This document shows positions 1-8,485 of a DNA stretch of 32,697 nt, in pieces. The number at the start of each line of letters is the position of its first letter. Position 1 is the first letter of the stretch. A program made the position numbers and the translations under genes. The DNA comes from an uncultured Lachnospiraceae bacterium (GTDB taxonomy: Bacteria; Bacillota; Clostridia; Lachnospirales; Lachnospiraceae), in assembly GCA_947177105.1 (NCBI GenBank), contig CAMWTF010000001.1, positions 1 through 32,697 on the forward strand, in the 5' to 3' direction. The notes under the pieces are model-generated. The model was not told where the DNA came from and did no database searches. It saw only the letters and a program-made list of their open reading frames with translations.

Positions 1-717
1 GTCCTCGTCGTGGCGGATAGGCACTGCCAGCTGGAAAGTGGGGATGCCCATCCGGGCGGCCATGAGTCCGTTGCCCATCAGGCTCCCGTCGCAGGTGGTG
101 TTGCACTGGATGGCGCACTTGCCGATGCGGGGATAATCGTCCTCCAGAGATACGCCGAACTCCGCCGCAGGCATGGGGCACACATCATTGGGGATACCAT
201 ACTCCTGGGCCTTGTCCAGATAGTAAAACAGGCTGTCCTGGGCCATCATGGCGCAGGTGTACACCGCCGGAACCTCCACAGACACCCATTTCAGGTTAGG
301 AAAGCCGTTCATGATCTCGCTCATCATATTCTCGTCAAAGACCACCAGCCGATCATTAAGCGCCTTGTCATTGCCTAGAGCGGGGTCGGCCCGAAACATG
401 ACGCCCATGCTCTTGCACATGTCTGTGACCACCAGCTCCAGGGCGGTGCGGGTGATGCGCAGCTGGGTGCCCCGCAGTCCCTCGGTATGCCTGTCAAAAA
501 AATCCGGCACCGCCAGATAGTTCACCATCCAGCGGTAGCGGAAAAAGGCCCTTAAGTTATTCAGATGGAGCATGAAGCCGATGAGGGTTTTCCAGATGCC
601 CAGCCAGTGTACATAATCGTACCAGGTGTCCTTCAGTCCCCGCCATTCCCGGCGTTTCTTCGCTTTTTTGCCGCAGTAAAAGCTCCCCAGCGGCTCGCTT
701 CCCATGACCTTGCCCAT
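1..717 (-). CDS. 2-hydroxyacyl-CoA dehydratase family subunit (HGD-D/FldB-like), 3' end beyond the window
   Basis: Not in the ORF track. Hand translation from ATG at 717 (AAGGAG RBS upstream) stays open to base 1: MGKVMGSEPLG...GIPNDVCPMP...CNTTCDGS...MGIPTFQLAVP. These are HGD-D-type motifs, and the adjacent gene is a paralog. Confidence 0.85.
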   Translation of the reverse strand, partial: MGKVMGSEPLGSFYCGKKAKKRREWRGLKDTWYDYVHWLGIWKTLIGFMLHLNNLRAFFRYRWMVNYLAVPDFFDRHTEGLRGTQLRITRTALELVVTDMCKSMGVMFRADPALGNDKALNDRLVVFDENMMSEIMNGFPNLKWVSVEVPAVYTCAMMAQDSLFYYLDKAQEYGIPNDVCPMPAAEFGVSLEDDYPRIGKCAIQCNTTCDGSLMGNGLMAARMGIPTFQLAVPIRHDED

Positions 718-791
718 ATGTAGATTCTCCTTAAATTAAGCTTTGTATATTCCCGCTGGACATGCGGATCCCGGCAGGAGAAATAATGCAG

Positions 792-1976
792 TTATTGCCT
801 CTTCAATTTCTTGATTTCCATGCTCTCCACAAAAGCCTGTACCCTGGTGCGCAGCTGCCCGGCGTTGCCCACGGCGTAGGGGCGGTCAAGACTCAGTACG
901 GGGCAGCCGTACTCCTCCCGCATAACCCGGCTGGCGTAGGCTCTCTCATAGCCCCAATAATCACAGAACTTGATTTGTTGGTAGATGATGCCGTCCGCAT
1001 GGAAACGTTGGACCAGCCGATTCATATATTCGTGGCGTTCCTTGATCTTTTCCGTATTCATAAAGCGGGGACACTGGCCACCCTCCATATAGTGGCGGCA
1101 GATGCCGGTAAGCACGTCCTCGCCCTCCCTGAGCCGGATTTCCTCACGACCGGGAAGGGATCCCAGGCAGAAGCGGTCCGCCACCACCAGAGCCCCGGCC
1201 TCTTCGATCATCCGTATCAGTTCGGGATCGTCAATCTCCGAACCTGCCAGCACAACTCTGGCACGGTATTTGGAGCGCTGGTCCGGCTGGCGGTTTTGAA
1301 GTTCCGCCAGAGTCTCCTCCAAAATGGGAATCAGCGGTGTCTTTGGACAGCAGTAGGTGGCCAGGCAGAGCACGGCAAACTCATAGCCTGTGATCCGGGG
1401 ATTTTCCTCCATACGGAAATCCCCAATATTGTTAATCAGAAGGCATACATGGTTGTGCAGTTCAATTGCTTTTAGCAGCGCGTCATCGGACGTGGCAATG
1501 CCAAAGCGCTTTTCTAAAGGATCCAGCACATACTGACGCATCTGCCGCACATAGTGCCGCAGGGCCGTCTCGTCCGATTTCATGGGCACATCCGCATAGG
1601 TCACGAAAAAACCTTCTTTGCCGCAGAGCTTCAGATGTTCTATGTTTTCCACACAGCGATTCATCTGGGCGCAGGAATCCGGCGTCAGCATACAGTCCAG
1701 AAACTGGAAGCCGCCCTCGATGGCCCGCTCCAGGATGGCCCGGCAGGCTTCGCACATGATGCTGGTCATATAGTAAGTACCCATCTCGATGGAACCAGTT
1801 CTGGGCGCTCTCAGCCGCACGGAAAAACAACCCGGCAGATTCAGAAGCGGTTCCGGGATCAGGGAGCAGGTATTGCCGATGGCAATCTCTCCCCGGTCTG
1901 CGGCCTGCCGCACCAAGTCGTTATGGGCTTCCTGGAGCAGGACCTCCAGATCATAGATATGTTTTAAGTCTTTCAT
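792..1976 (-). CDS. 2-hydroxyacyl-CoA dehydratase subunit (HgdB/FldC-like, PF06050)
   Basis: 394 aa with the motifs CSLIPEPLL, DSCAQM, VVADRFC, QIKFCDYWGYE and C-terminal GQLRTRVQAFVE; GAGG RBS. Confidence 0.92.
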   Translation of the reverse strand: MKDLKHIYDLEVLLQEAHNDLVRQAADRGEIAIGNTCSLIPEPLLNLPGCFSVRLRAPRTGSIEMGTYYMTSIMCEACRAILERAIEGGFQFLDCMLTPDSCAQMNRCVENIEHLKLCGKEGFFVTYADVPMKSDETALRHYVRQMRQYVLDPLEKRFGIATSDDALLKAIELHNHVCLLINNIGDFRMEENPRITGYEFAVLCLATYCCPKTPLIPILEETLAELQNRQPDQRSKYRARVVLAGSEIDDPELIRMIEEAGALVVADRFCLGSLPGREEIRLREGEDVLTGICRHYMEGGQCPRFMNTEKIKERHEYMNRLVQRFHADGIIYQQIKFCDYWGYERAYASRVMREEYGCPVLSLDRPYAVGNAGQLRTRVQAFVESMEIKKLKRQ

Positions 1977-1992
1977 AAGTTATGTTCCTCTT

Positions 1993-2877
1993 CTACGCAA
2001 TCACAATTCTTCCCACTTCCTGTAGCAGAGACTTCCCATTTTTCCGGGATTCCTCATAAATAGTGTATTCCGCGCCGCTGTATATCAGGTCATCCTGGTT
2101 TTTATAATGGAGAGTATTGTCCATCCTGCATTTGCTCGTCAAAGTATTCTGAGCCGAAGCTGTCTTGTCAAACCGCATGTATATGTGACAGAGTTCCCCG
2201 TCATCCGATTGGATGACGGCGCGGTATTCCGTATTGCCCCACGCTTTATTTCCCCCGCCTTCCTCCTCCGGCAGCCAGTAGACCGTCGCTTCCTTTGAGT
2301 ACGTGAGCCAGCTGACATTAAATTCATACAGTTCGTCTTCTCTGGGGTTCTTAAACCCATCAAAAGCATCCACTTTTACTAGAGAGAACAGGAAACCATA
2401 CTTTGGATTCCTGCGGCCTGCCGTCTTGTGGGCGTAGCCCTTTATGGTCACAAGGTATTTTCCGGAAGGAATATCATACTTAAACTGCTTGTAATTCGTG
2501 TTTCCGTCCATGGTCTGATAGGATGTCACATATTCACTGAAATCATTTACGTTAAAATCGTAGAACATACCGATGGAAGCGACACAGAGCGTATCCTGTA
2601 TCTCAAGATTAAATCCCCCATACTCCAGCTTCTGTACCCACTCATCATCAAAGGGTTCATCGCGGCCGTCTATCTTAATGATGTATTTGTAGGCGTCGAT
2701 TTTTACGAAAGGCAGCCAGATACCCTCTCTTTGTGTGGCTAAGTACAACTCTTTGTCCTTCTGCAATTTCTGAAGAAGCTTCTTGGTTCGGATTTTTTCC
2801 CGCTTCAGGAAATCCTGTAAAACATCTAAAGAAAATAAGCATATTCCGTAACTGCTGACATCCAATAGTTTGTCCAT
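1993..2877 (-). CDS. Hypothetical protein, 294 aa; C-terminal ~100 aa resembles EF-Tu domain III
   Basis: Long ORF with a GAGGA RBS, more AT-rich than its neighbours and tightly packed between cooC and the dehydratase gene. Confidence 0.8.
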   Translation of the reverse strand: MDKLLDVSSYGICLFSLDVLQDFLKREKIRTKKLLQKLQKDKELYLATQREGIWLPFVKIDAYKYIIKIDGRDEPFDDEWVQKLEYGGFNLEIQDTLCVASIGMFYDFNVNDFSEYVTSYQTMDGNTNYKQFKYDIPSGKYLVTIKGYAHKTAGRRNPKYGFLFSLVKVDAFDGFKNPREDELYEFNVSWLTYSKEATVYWLPEEEGGGNKAWGNTEYRAVIQSDDGELCHIYMRFDKTASAQNTLTSKCRMDNTLHYKNQDDLIYSGAEYTIYEESRKNGKSLLQEVGRIVIA

Positions 2878-2918
2878 AAAATGATATCCTCCTCTGTCAT
2901 AGCTCAGAAGTCTCTGTT

Positions 2919-3677
2919 TTATACCCCCAGATTCTCCAGCGCCTGATGTACTCCCTGCGCCATCACGGAATCCTCCGGCATGAAAAAGACATTTTGCCCG
3001 GTGATGTCAAAGGTGGACAGATCGCTGTCCTGGCCGATATAGGCCAGCACCGGCAGGCCGCCCAGTTCCAGATACTGTTTGACCGATTCATCCGGCAGGC
3101 GGTTTACAATCACGCCCAGTTTTTCATACATGACGAGGGTGTCAGCCACAGACTTGATGGTTTGGATCACCTGGGTTCCTTTTTTGCTGGCATCCGTGAC
3201 CAGGATCAGGTGGGTTACTTTCTCCATAACCCGGCGGTTGATCTGCTCGATTCCCGCCTCCCCGTCGATTACAATATAGTCAAAATTGTCCGCCACCAGG
3301 GCGATGACCTCTTTTAGATAAGAGTTGATCTTGCAGTAGCAGCCGGCGCTCTCCGGGCGTCCCACGGCGATGAAGCTGAAAGCATCCGTCTCCACCATGG
3401 CGTCAAAGATATGATATTTTGCCTCCCCCAGCAGTTCCACGGCGGACTTGGTGTCTCCGTCCTCCACGGAGGCCACCACCTGCCTGCGGATATCGTCGAT
3501 GGTCAGCGGCACCTCAACGCCCAGCGCCGTGGCCAGTCCCACCGCCGGGTCTGCGTCGATGGCCAGGATTTTCCTGTCCGGATATTTTTCGGCCAGGACC
3601 TTGACCGTCACCGCCGCCAGGGAGGTCTTGCCCACGCCGCCCTTGCCGGAGAGGGCGATAATTTTTGTTTTACTCAT
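2919..3677 (-). CDS. cooC: CooC/AcsF-family MinD-type ATPase (Ni-insertion accessory type)
   Basis: Deviant Walker A GKGGVGKT, plus IDADP, GCYC metal-binding motif, IDGEAGIEQINRR and VNR. Start set at 3677 (MSKTK) from the GAGG RBS. Confidence 0.85.
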   Translation of the reverse strand: MSKTKIIALSGKGGVGKTSLAAVTVKVLAEKYPDRKILAIDADPAVGLATALGVEVPLTIDDIRRQVVASVEDGDTKSAVELLGEAKYHIFDAMVETDAFSFIAVGRPESAGCYCKINSYLKEVIALVADNFDYIVIDGEAGIEQINRRVMEKVTHLILVTDASKKGTQVIQTIKSVADTLVMYEKLGVIVNRLPDESVKQYLELGGLPVLAYIGQDSDLSTFDITGQNVFFMPEDSVMAQGVHQALENLGV

Positions 3678-3749
3678 TTGTTTCCTCTTTTCATATATCA
3701 TGATTTTGTTTACTGCAATGGTAGGAGTCAAACGCAAAGCGTTTTATTC

Positions 3750-3779
3750 ATTATACATTAGTCTTTGTATATATCGCAA
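3750..3779 (-). promoter_or_regulatory. Putative sigma-A promoter for the cooC cluster
   Basis: Minus strand reads TTGCGA-N18-TATAAT. Confidence 0.5.
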
Positions 3780-3907
3780 GATTTACTTTTCTATATAGGA
3801 TAGTTCTCCCTATGGGGGAGCCCGGCGGATGCGCTCTTTGCCAATTTCAATGCCAAATACCCTGTGAAAAGCAATAGACAGTGATACAATTTTTAGGAAG
3901 ATGGCTA

Positions 3908-3938
3908 TTGACTCTGTCGTTGGGGAATAGTTTATATT
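3908..3938 (+). promoter_or_regulatory. MerR-type promoter/operator with 19-bp spacer
   Basis: TTGACT (3908-3913), N19, TATATT (3933-3938), with an imperfect dyad ACTCT...ATAGT, directly upstream of a MerR gene. Confidence 0.7.
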
Positions 3939-3968
3939 ATATTTATAAAACTGCAGGGAGGAAATACC

Positions 3969-4928
3969 ATGAATGACTTAATTAAAATCAGAGAAATGAC
4001 GGCCAAATATGATCTGTCCGCCCGAACGCTTCGCTATTATGAGGATATGGGGCTGATAAAAAGCATTCGAAGCGATGATTATGCATACAGATTGTATGAT
4101 GAAGCCAACGTGAAGCGGCTGGAGCAGATTCTCATATTGCGCAAGTTGAATATCAGCATTAAGGATATACAGCGCATATTTGACACGTCCGGCTCTGAGA
4201 TTGTGTTGGATGTGCTTGGCAAAAAAGTTGATGATATTGATGAAGAAATCTCTATTTTACATGAACTGAAAGAGATCATTCTGGAATTTATACATCAGAT
4301 AGAATCTGCCGATTTCGGCAGGGAATCAGATGTAAAGCTTCTATACGACAAAGCAAAAGAAATTAAAACACAAATCATTAATGTCAACTATAATGGGAAT
4401 CCCTCTGCGATAAACCGTATGATGGAAGTTACGGAGAAACTTGACAACAAGGTGCCGGATATCATGATTGTGAGGATACCGAAATTCAGAGCGGTAACAT
4501 CCGGAGAGGTGACGTTTGAAGAACTTTTCGGCGGAGATTTCATGCCGTGGCAGGAAGAGCACAACGATTTATTCAAACCTGTTATTTTTAATTCCGCTGA
4601 CTTCCTGTGTGGAAAAGATGATAAGGCTGAATGGATTTGGGCGGTCAAGGACGAAGTGACGGAGACCGACACATATCCGTACAAAATAATTGAATTTCCG
4701 GGCGGACTGTATGCGGCTGCGGTCAGCGTAGACGGCGACGGCGAGAGTCATAACAGAGTGAGAAGTAAGACAGAGAAATGGCTTGAAAGCACAAATTTTG
4801 TTATTGACAGCGACCGTGAATTGATGGGACATATGATCTATGAGGATGATGAGATTAAAGAAGGTCTTGGATACCATCAGATGAATCTATATGCGCCAAT
4901 AAAATTAAAGAGAGCAAACATGGAATAA
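3969..4928 (+). CDS. MerR-family transcriptional regulator with C-terminal GyrI-like effector domain
   Basis: N-terminal LSARTLRYYEDMGLI...YRLY helix-turn-helix; C-terminal IEFPGGLYAAA; GGAGG RBS. Confidence 0.9.
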   Translation: MNDLIKIREMTAKYDLSARTLRYYEDMGLIKSIRSDDYAYRLYDEANVKRLEQILILRKLNISIKDIQRIFDTSGSEIVLDVLGKKVDDIDEEISILHELKEIILEFIHQIESADFGRESDVKLLYDKAKEIKTQIINVNYNGNPSAINRMMEVTEKLDNKVPDIMIVRIPKFRAVTSGEVTFEELFGGDFMPWQEEHNDLFKPVIFNSADFLCGKDDKAEWIWAVKDEVTETDTYPYKIIEFPGGLYAAAVSVDGDGESHNRVRSKTEKWLESTNFVIDSDRELMGHMIYEDDEIKEGLGYHQMNLYAPIKLKRANME

Positions 4929-4931
4929 CTG

Positions 4932-4977
4932 AAATCGGGAAAGTTCTCCGTCACGTAGGAGAGCCTTCCCGATTTTT
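4932..4977 (+). terminator. Intrinsic terminator after the MerR gene
   Basis: AAATCGGGAAAGTTCTCC / GGAGAGCCTTCCCGATTT stem followed by a T-run. Confidence 0.75.
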
Positions 4978-5054
4978 CCCAATTTGAGTACACGCTGAAG
5001 CGGGCGGATGGGAGTCGGTGGCAAATTTTGTCTGACTGACTTGAAAGGTCCGGA

Positions 5055-5083
5055 TTGTAATTCTGCTGTGAATCAGTTATACT
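5055..5083 (+). promoter_or_regulatory. Putative sigma-A promoter for the esterase
   Basis: TTGTAA-N17-TATACT. Confidence 0.55.
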
Positions 5084-5160
5084 AAATGCAAGGAAGAAGA
5101 CCATGGATAAGTACTTAATAACCATCAGGCGGAGGTTAAGGTGAGAAAGAGAGGGAAATT

Positions 5161-5997
5161 ATGGCACTGATACAGGCAAACTTTATGTCGGGAGCACTGA
5201 TGAGAACAGTCCCGGTAAATATCATTCTTCCGGTTGACAAGCTTGCTTTTCCGGGAGCGGTTTCCAGGGAAATAACAGCTTATAAAACTTTATACCTTCT
5301 GCACGGTATTTTTGGCAACTATACGGATTGGGTATCGGGAACCAATATTCAGCGGTGGGCGGAGGAAAGGGATCTGGCGGTAGTAATGCCCTCCGGAGAC
5401 AATATGTTTTATGTGGATCAAAAAGAAAGTCTGAATTATTATGGTGAATTTATCGGAAGAGAGCTTGTGGAACTGACAAGAAGGGCTTTCCCGCTATCCC
5501 GCAGGAGGGAGGATACATTTATAGCCGGGCTGTCAATGGGCGGCTATGGGGCAATACGCAATGGACTGAAGTATCATGATACATTTGGCTGTATTGCGGG
5601 TTTGTCTTCCGCAATGATCGTTGACGGTCTGGAGGCGCGGACAAATAATACTCCCAATCTGATTGAGCGCAAAGATTTTGCGGAAAGAATTTTTGGGGAT
5701 TTGGCGAGGGTAAAGGACAGCGATATGAATCCCAAATGGCTGGTGGAAAAGCTCCGGGAACAGCAGGCGGAGATTCCCAAGATGTATCTGGCCTGCGGCA
5801 CGGAGGATCATCTGCTCCAAGCAAATCGAGAGATGCGGGATTACTTAAAGGGCGCTGGCGTGGATGTGACCTACGAGGAGGGGCCGGGAGGACATGAGTG
5901 GGACTTCTGGAACCGCTATATCAAGAAGGTGATTGATTGGCTGCCATTGGAGGAGGACAGTAAGGCAGGGATCAACAGCGGCAATGTGGGAGTCTGA
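5161..5997 (+). CDS. Alpha/beta hydrolase, esterase family (acetylesterase/tributyrin esterase-like)
   Basis: YLLHG, nucleophile motif GLSMGG, CGTED and GGHEWDFW catalytic motifs. Confidence 0.92.
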   Translation: MALIQANFMSGALMRTVPVNIILPVDKLAFPGAVSREITAYKTLYLLHGIFGNYTDWVSGTNIQRWAEERDLAVVMPSGDNMFYVDQKESLNYYGEFIGRELVELTRRAFPLSRRREDTFIAGLSMGGYGAIRNGLKYHDTFGCIAGLSSAMIVDGLEARTNNTPNLIERKDFAERIFGDLARVKDSDMNPKWLVEKLREQQAEIPKMYLACGTEDHLLQANREMRDYLKGAGVDVTYEEGPGGHEWDFWNRYIKKVIDWLPLEEDSKAGINSGNVGV

Positions 5998-6193
5998 TAA
6001 CACAGGCCCGGCGTGAGTTTGGCTTAATCAGACTTCAGTTATGCGAAAAAGTAGATATGAAATAAGGAATGGGAGTAAATATATACAAGAAATTTTCTGG
6101 CAGTGTCACAAAAGTGTTGCAAAATGGATACAGATGTGATAATGTAATTGTACATTTATACTGACAATGAAGAAAAGAGTTGGAGGTGTAAGT

Positions 6194-6625
6194 ATGATTG
6201 ATATCATGGATGCTTCTCGCTATCTTGTCTTTTTATCCTACCACAAGCTTCAAGGTTCTTTAACTCCTCTCAAACTACAGAAGTTATTATATTTGGCGCA
6301 GGGATGGAGTTATGTGTGGGACAACCGTCCGTTGTTTCAGGATGAGTTTGAGGCATGGCAATATGGACCGGTTAATGTAGAAGTGTATGAGTATTATAAG
6401 AGATATGGAAGAGCGGAGATCCCGGAAAGTGAAGGACGTTTCATCCCCCGAATGGATGATGACTCAAGGGAAACATTAGATGCAGTGTGGGAAAGATATT
6501 GCTCAAGCAGCGCATTTGAATTAGTTGAACTCACTCATACACAGAAACCATGGATAAAAGCATATTCTGATAATGTCGGCATCAAAAACAGCGAAATAAA
6601 AAGTTATTTTCAGTCAACTTATTAA
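6194..6625 (+). CDS. Panacea/SocA (DUF4065) domain antitoxin-like protein
   Basis: Signature LTPLKLQKLLYLAQG...FEAWQYGPV...LVELTH...PW. Start set at 6194 from GGAGG at 6182-6186. Confidence 0.92.
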   Translation: MIDIMDASRYLVFLSYHKLQGSLTPLKLQKLLYLAQGWSYVWDNRPLFQDEFEAWQYGPVNVEVYEYYKRYGRAEIPESEGRFIPRMDDDSRETLDAVWERYCSSSAFELVELTHTQKPWIKAYSDNVGIKNSEIKSYFQSTY

Positions 6626-6712
6626 AAGTTGGCTGTTTTATTAGCATCTATTCGTATAATGCCTGAAGAGGTACTTGGAGTGCGGATGCGGTGCTCTTAA
6701 TAAGGAGGCTAT

Positions 6713-8485
6713 ATGGGCATTAGGATGAACAGTATCGTAGTTGATAATTTTAAATCATATGGAGATATTACAAGAGTTCCGATAATGAATCTAAGCGTAT
6801 TTATGGGTGCTAATAGCAGTGGCAAAAGTACGGCTTTGCAGCCTCTTCTTGCAATTAAGCAGACGGTGGAATGTAACAGTCCGGATATTGATTTGCTTTT
6901 ATCGGGAAAATATGTTGCCCTTGGAGACTTCGCGGATGTGATAAATGATAGGGACAAAGGGTATTTTGCGTTTGGCATTGCTGTGGTTGGTGAAGAACTC
7001 AGGGAAAATTATGGCGGAGACAATGCCACAGAAATAATGTGGAAATTTGATACAGAGGCGGAAAAAGATGCCTGCCTTTGTGAGGTGGCCTTTCAAATTT
7101 CAGGCAATATGATGAAATTAATCAGGGGCAGCGAGCACTCTTATAACATACAGGTTGACGGAAAACGGACCCCGCTGGTTGTCAAAATGAATAATTTAAC
7201 TCCACGAAGATTATATGTAGAGTATGATCGACAGTTTAATGATTTATTTTATTGCTTCATCAACGACATCTTGAGATGGGTCTATCCGGGCAAAAAAGGT
7301 GTTGTACTTCCCAAAGACGAAATGGCTTCAATATTGACCATAGAGAAAATGTATATTGAGATGATGAAAGGGGCCAGTAATAAAAGCAGTGCCAGAAATA
7401 AGGATGGGAATAGTATACAAAGGACAACAGAATTAGTGACGCGCATAATGGATGATCTAAAAAAATATTGTGATTACCAATTTGAGTACCATGCCAGCTT
7501 TTGGAGCATACCTCAAAACTTTAAAGAAAACATTTTGTTTAGTTGTATCTATAAACGAGATGATCTGGAAGAACTGATAGTTATATTGGATAAATATGAA
7601 AGATTAATAGAGGAATTTCCAGGCGGGCAATTTATTCAGGACTACGATTGTCAGGCGGAAGTTGATATCAGCACACTATACAGATTGGGCAATAAAGAGA
7701 AGGGATCAAGTGCAGAGTGTGATTTTATTTCAGACGCCTTTAGGTCATATAGAGAGATCTTCCATAAAATAATAGGTAAAATATTTTATGTAGGCCCGAT
7801 TAGGGAAAAACCACAGGGTTTATATAATGTTGGATTTGAAACGATTCCCAAATATGTTGGAACAACAGGAGCGTATTTTGCATCTGTTTTGTTAAGAGAA
7901 AACAAAAGTCGAAAATATATTCTGCCAAATAATGAATGTGAAGATATGAGCCTTTTGGAGGCATTGGATGAGTGGGCAGCCCACTTGAATGTTGCAAGTG
8001 AGATAGCGGTCGAAAAGAGTAATTCATTTGGGTTCAGTGTGTCTATTTCCAATACCCAGAGAAAGAAATCGGATATAATGAATGTAGGAATAGGAACGAG
8101 TCAGGTGTTGCCTGTTCTAATAACGGGATTGCTTTCCGAACCTGAAGAATATTTATTTTTTGAACAGCCGGAATTGCACCTGCACCCATATTCTCAAAGC
8201 CGATTGGCGGATTTCTTTGTGGAGTTAGTAAAACGGGGGCGGAAGATAACAGTTGAAACGCATAGTGAGTATTTTGTCTTAAGAATGAGATATCAGATAC
8301 TGGCAGGCAATATTAGTGAGAGGGATATCACAGTCAATTTCTTTCAGAACAAGGGGTGTACCCGGATTAGTCAGGGGAAACTATCAGAGTATGGTAACTT
8401 ACAGTATCCGGATGATTTCAGGGACGAGACACAAAAACTGTTGGATGATTTGATGAAGGCCGCACTGGAGAAAAGAGAGCAATAA
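6713..8485 (+). CDS. ABC-type (AAA_15/AAA_21) ATPase, DUF3696-type, defence-associated family
   Basis: DNFKS, Walker A GANSSGKS, YVGPIR, signature NVGIGTSQVLPVL, Walker B FFEQPELHLHP, H-loop VETHSE and a C-terminal G-L-YPDDF motif; AAGGAGG RBS. Confidence 0.88.
   Translation: MGIRMNSIVVDNFKSYGDITRVPIMNLSVFMGANSSGKSTALQPLLAIKQTVECNSPDIDLLLSGKYVALGDFADVINDRDKGYFAFGIAVVGEELRENYGGDNATEIMWKFDTEAEKDACLCEVAFQISGNMMKLIRGSEHSYNIQVDGKRTPLVVKMNNLTPRRLYVEYDRQFNDLFYCFINDILRWVYPGKKGVVLPKDEMASILTIEKMYIEMMKGASNKSSARNKDGNSIQRTTELVTRIMDDLKKYCDYQFEYHASFWSIPQNFKENILFSCIYKRDDLEELIVILDKYERLIEEFPGGQFIQDYDCQAEVDISTLYRLGNKEKGSSAECDFISDAFRSYREIFHKIIGKIFYVGPIREKPQGLYNVGFETIPKYVGTTGAYFASVLLRENKSRKYILPNNECEDMSLLEALDEWAAHLNVASEIAVEKSNSFGFSVSISNTQRKKSDIMNVGIGTSQVLPVLITGLLSEPEEYLFFEQPELHLHPYSQSRLADFFVELVKRGRKITVETHSEYFVLRMRYQILAGNISERDITVNFFQNKGCTRISQGKLSEYGNLQYPDDFRDETQKLLDDLMKAALEKREQ

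Noticed and set aside
10-1967. Plus-strand ORFs such as 10..378 and 762..1475
   Set aside because: Antisense shadows of the dehydratase genes; no motifs or RBS.
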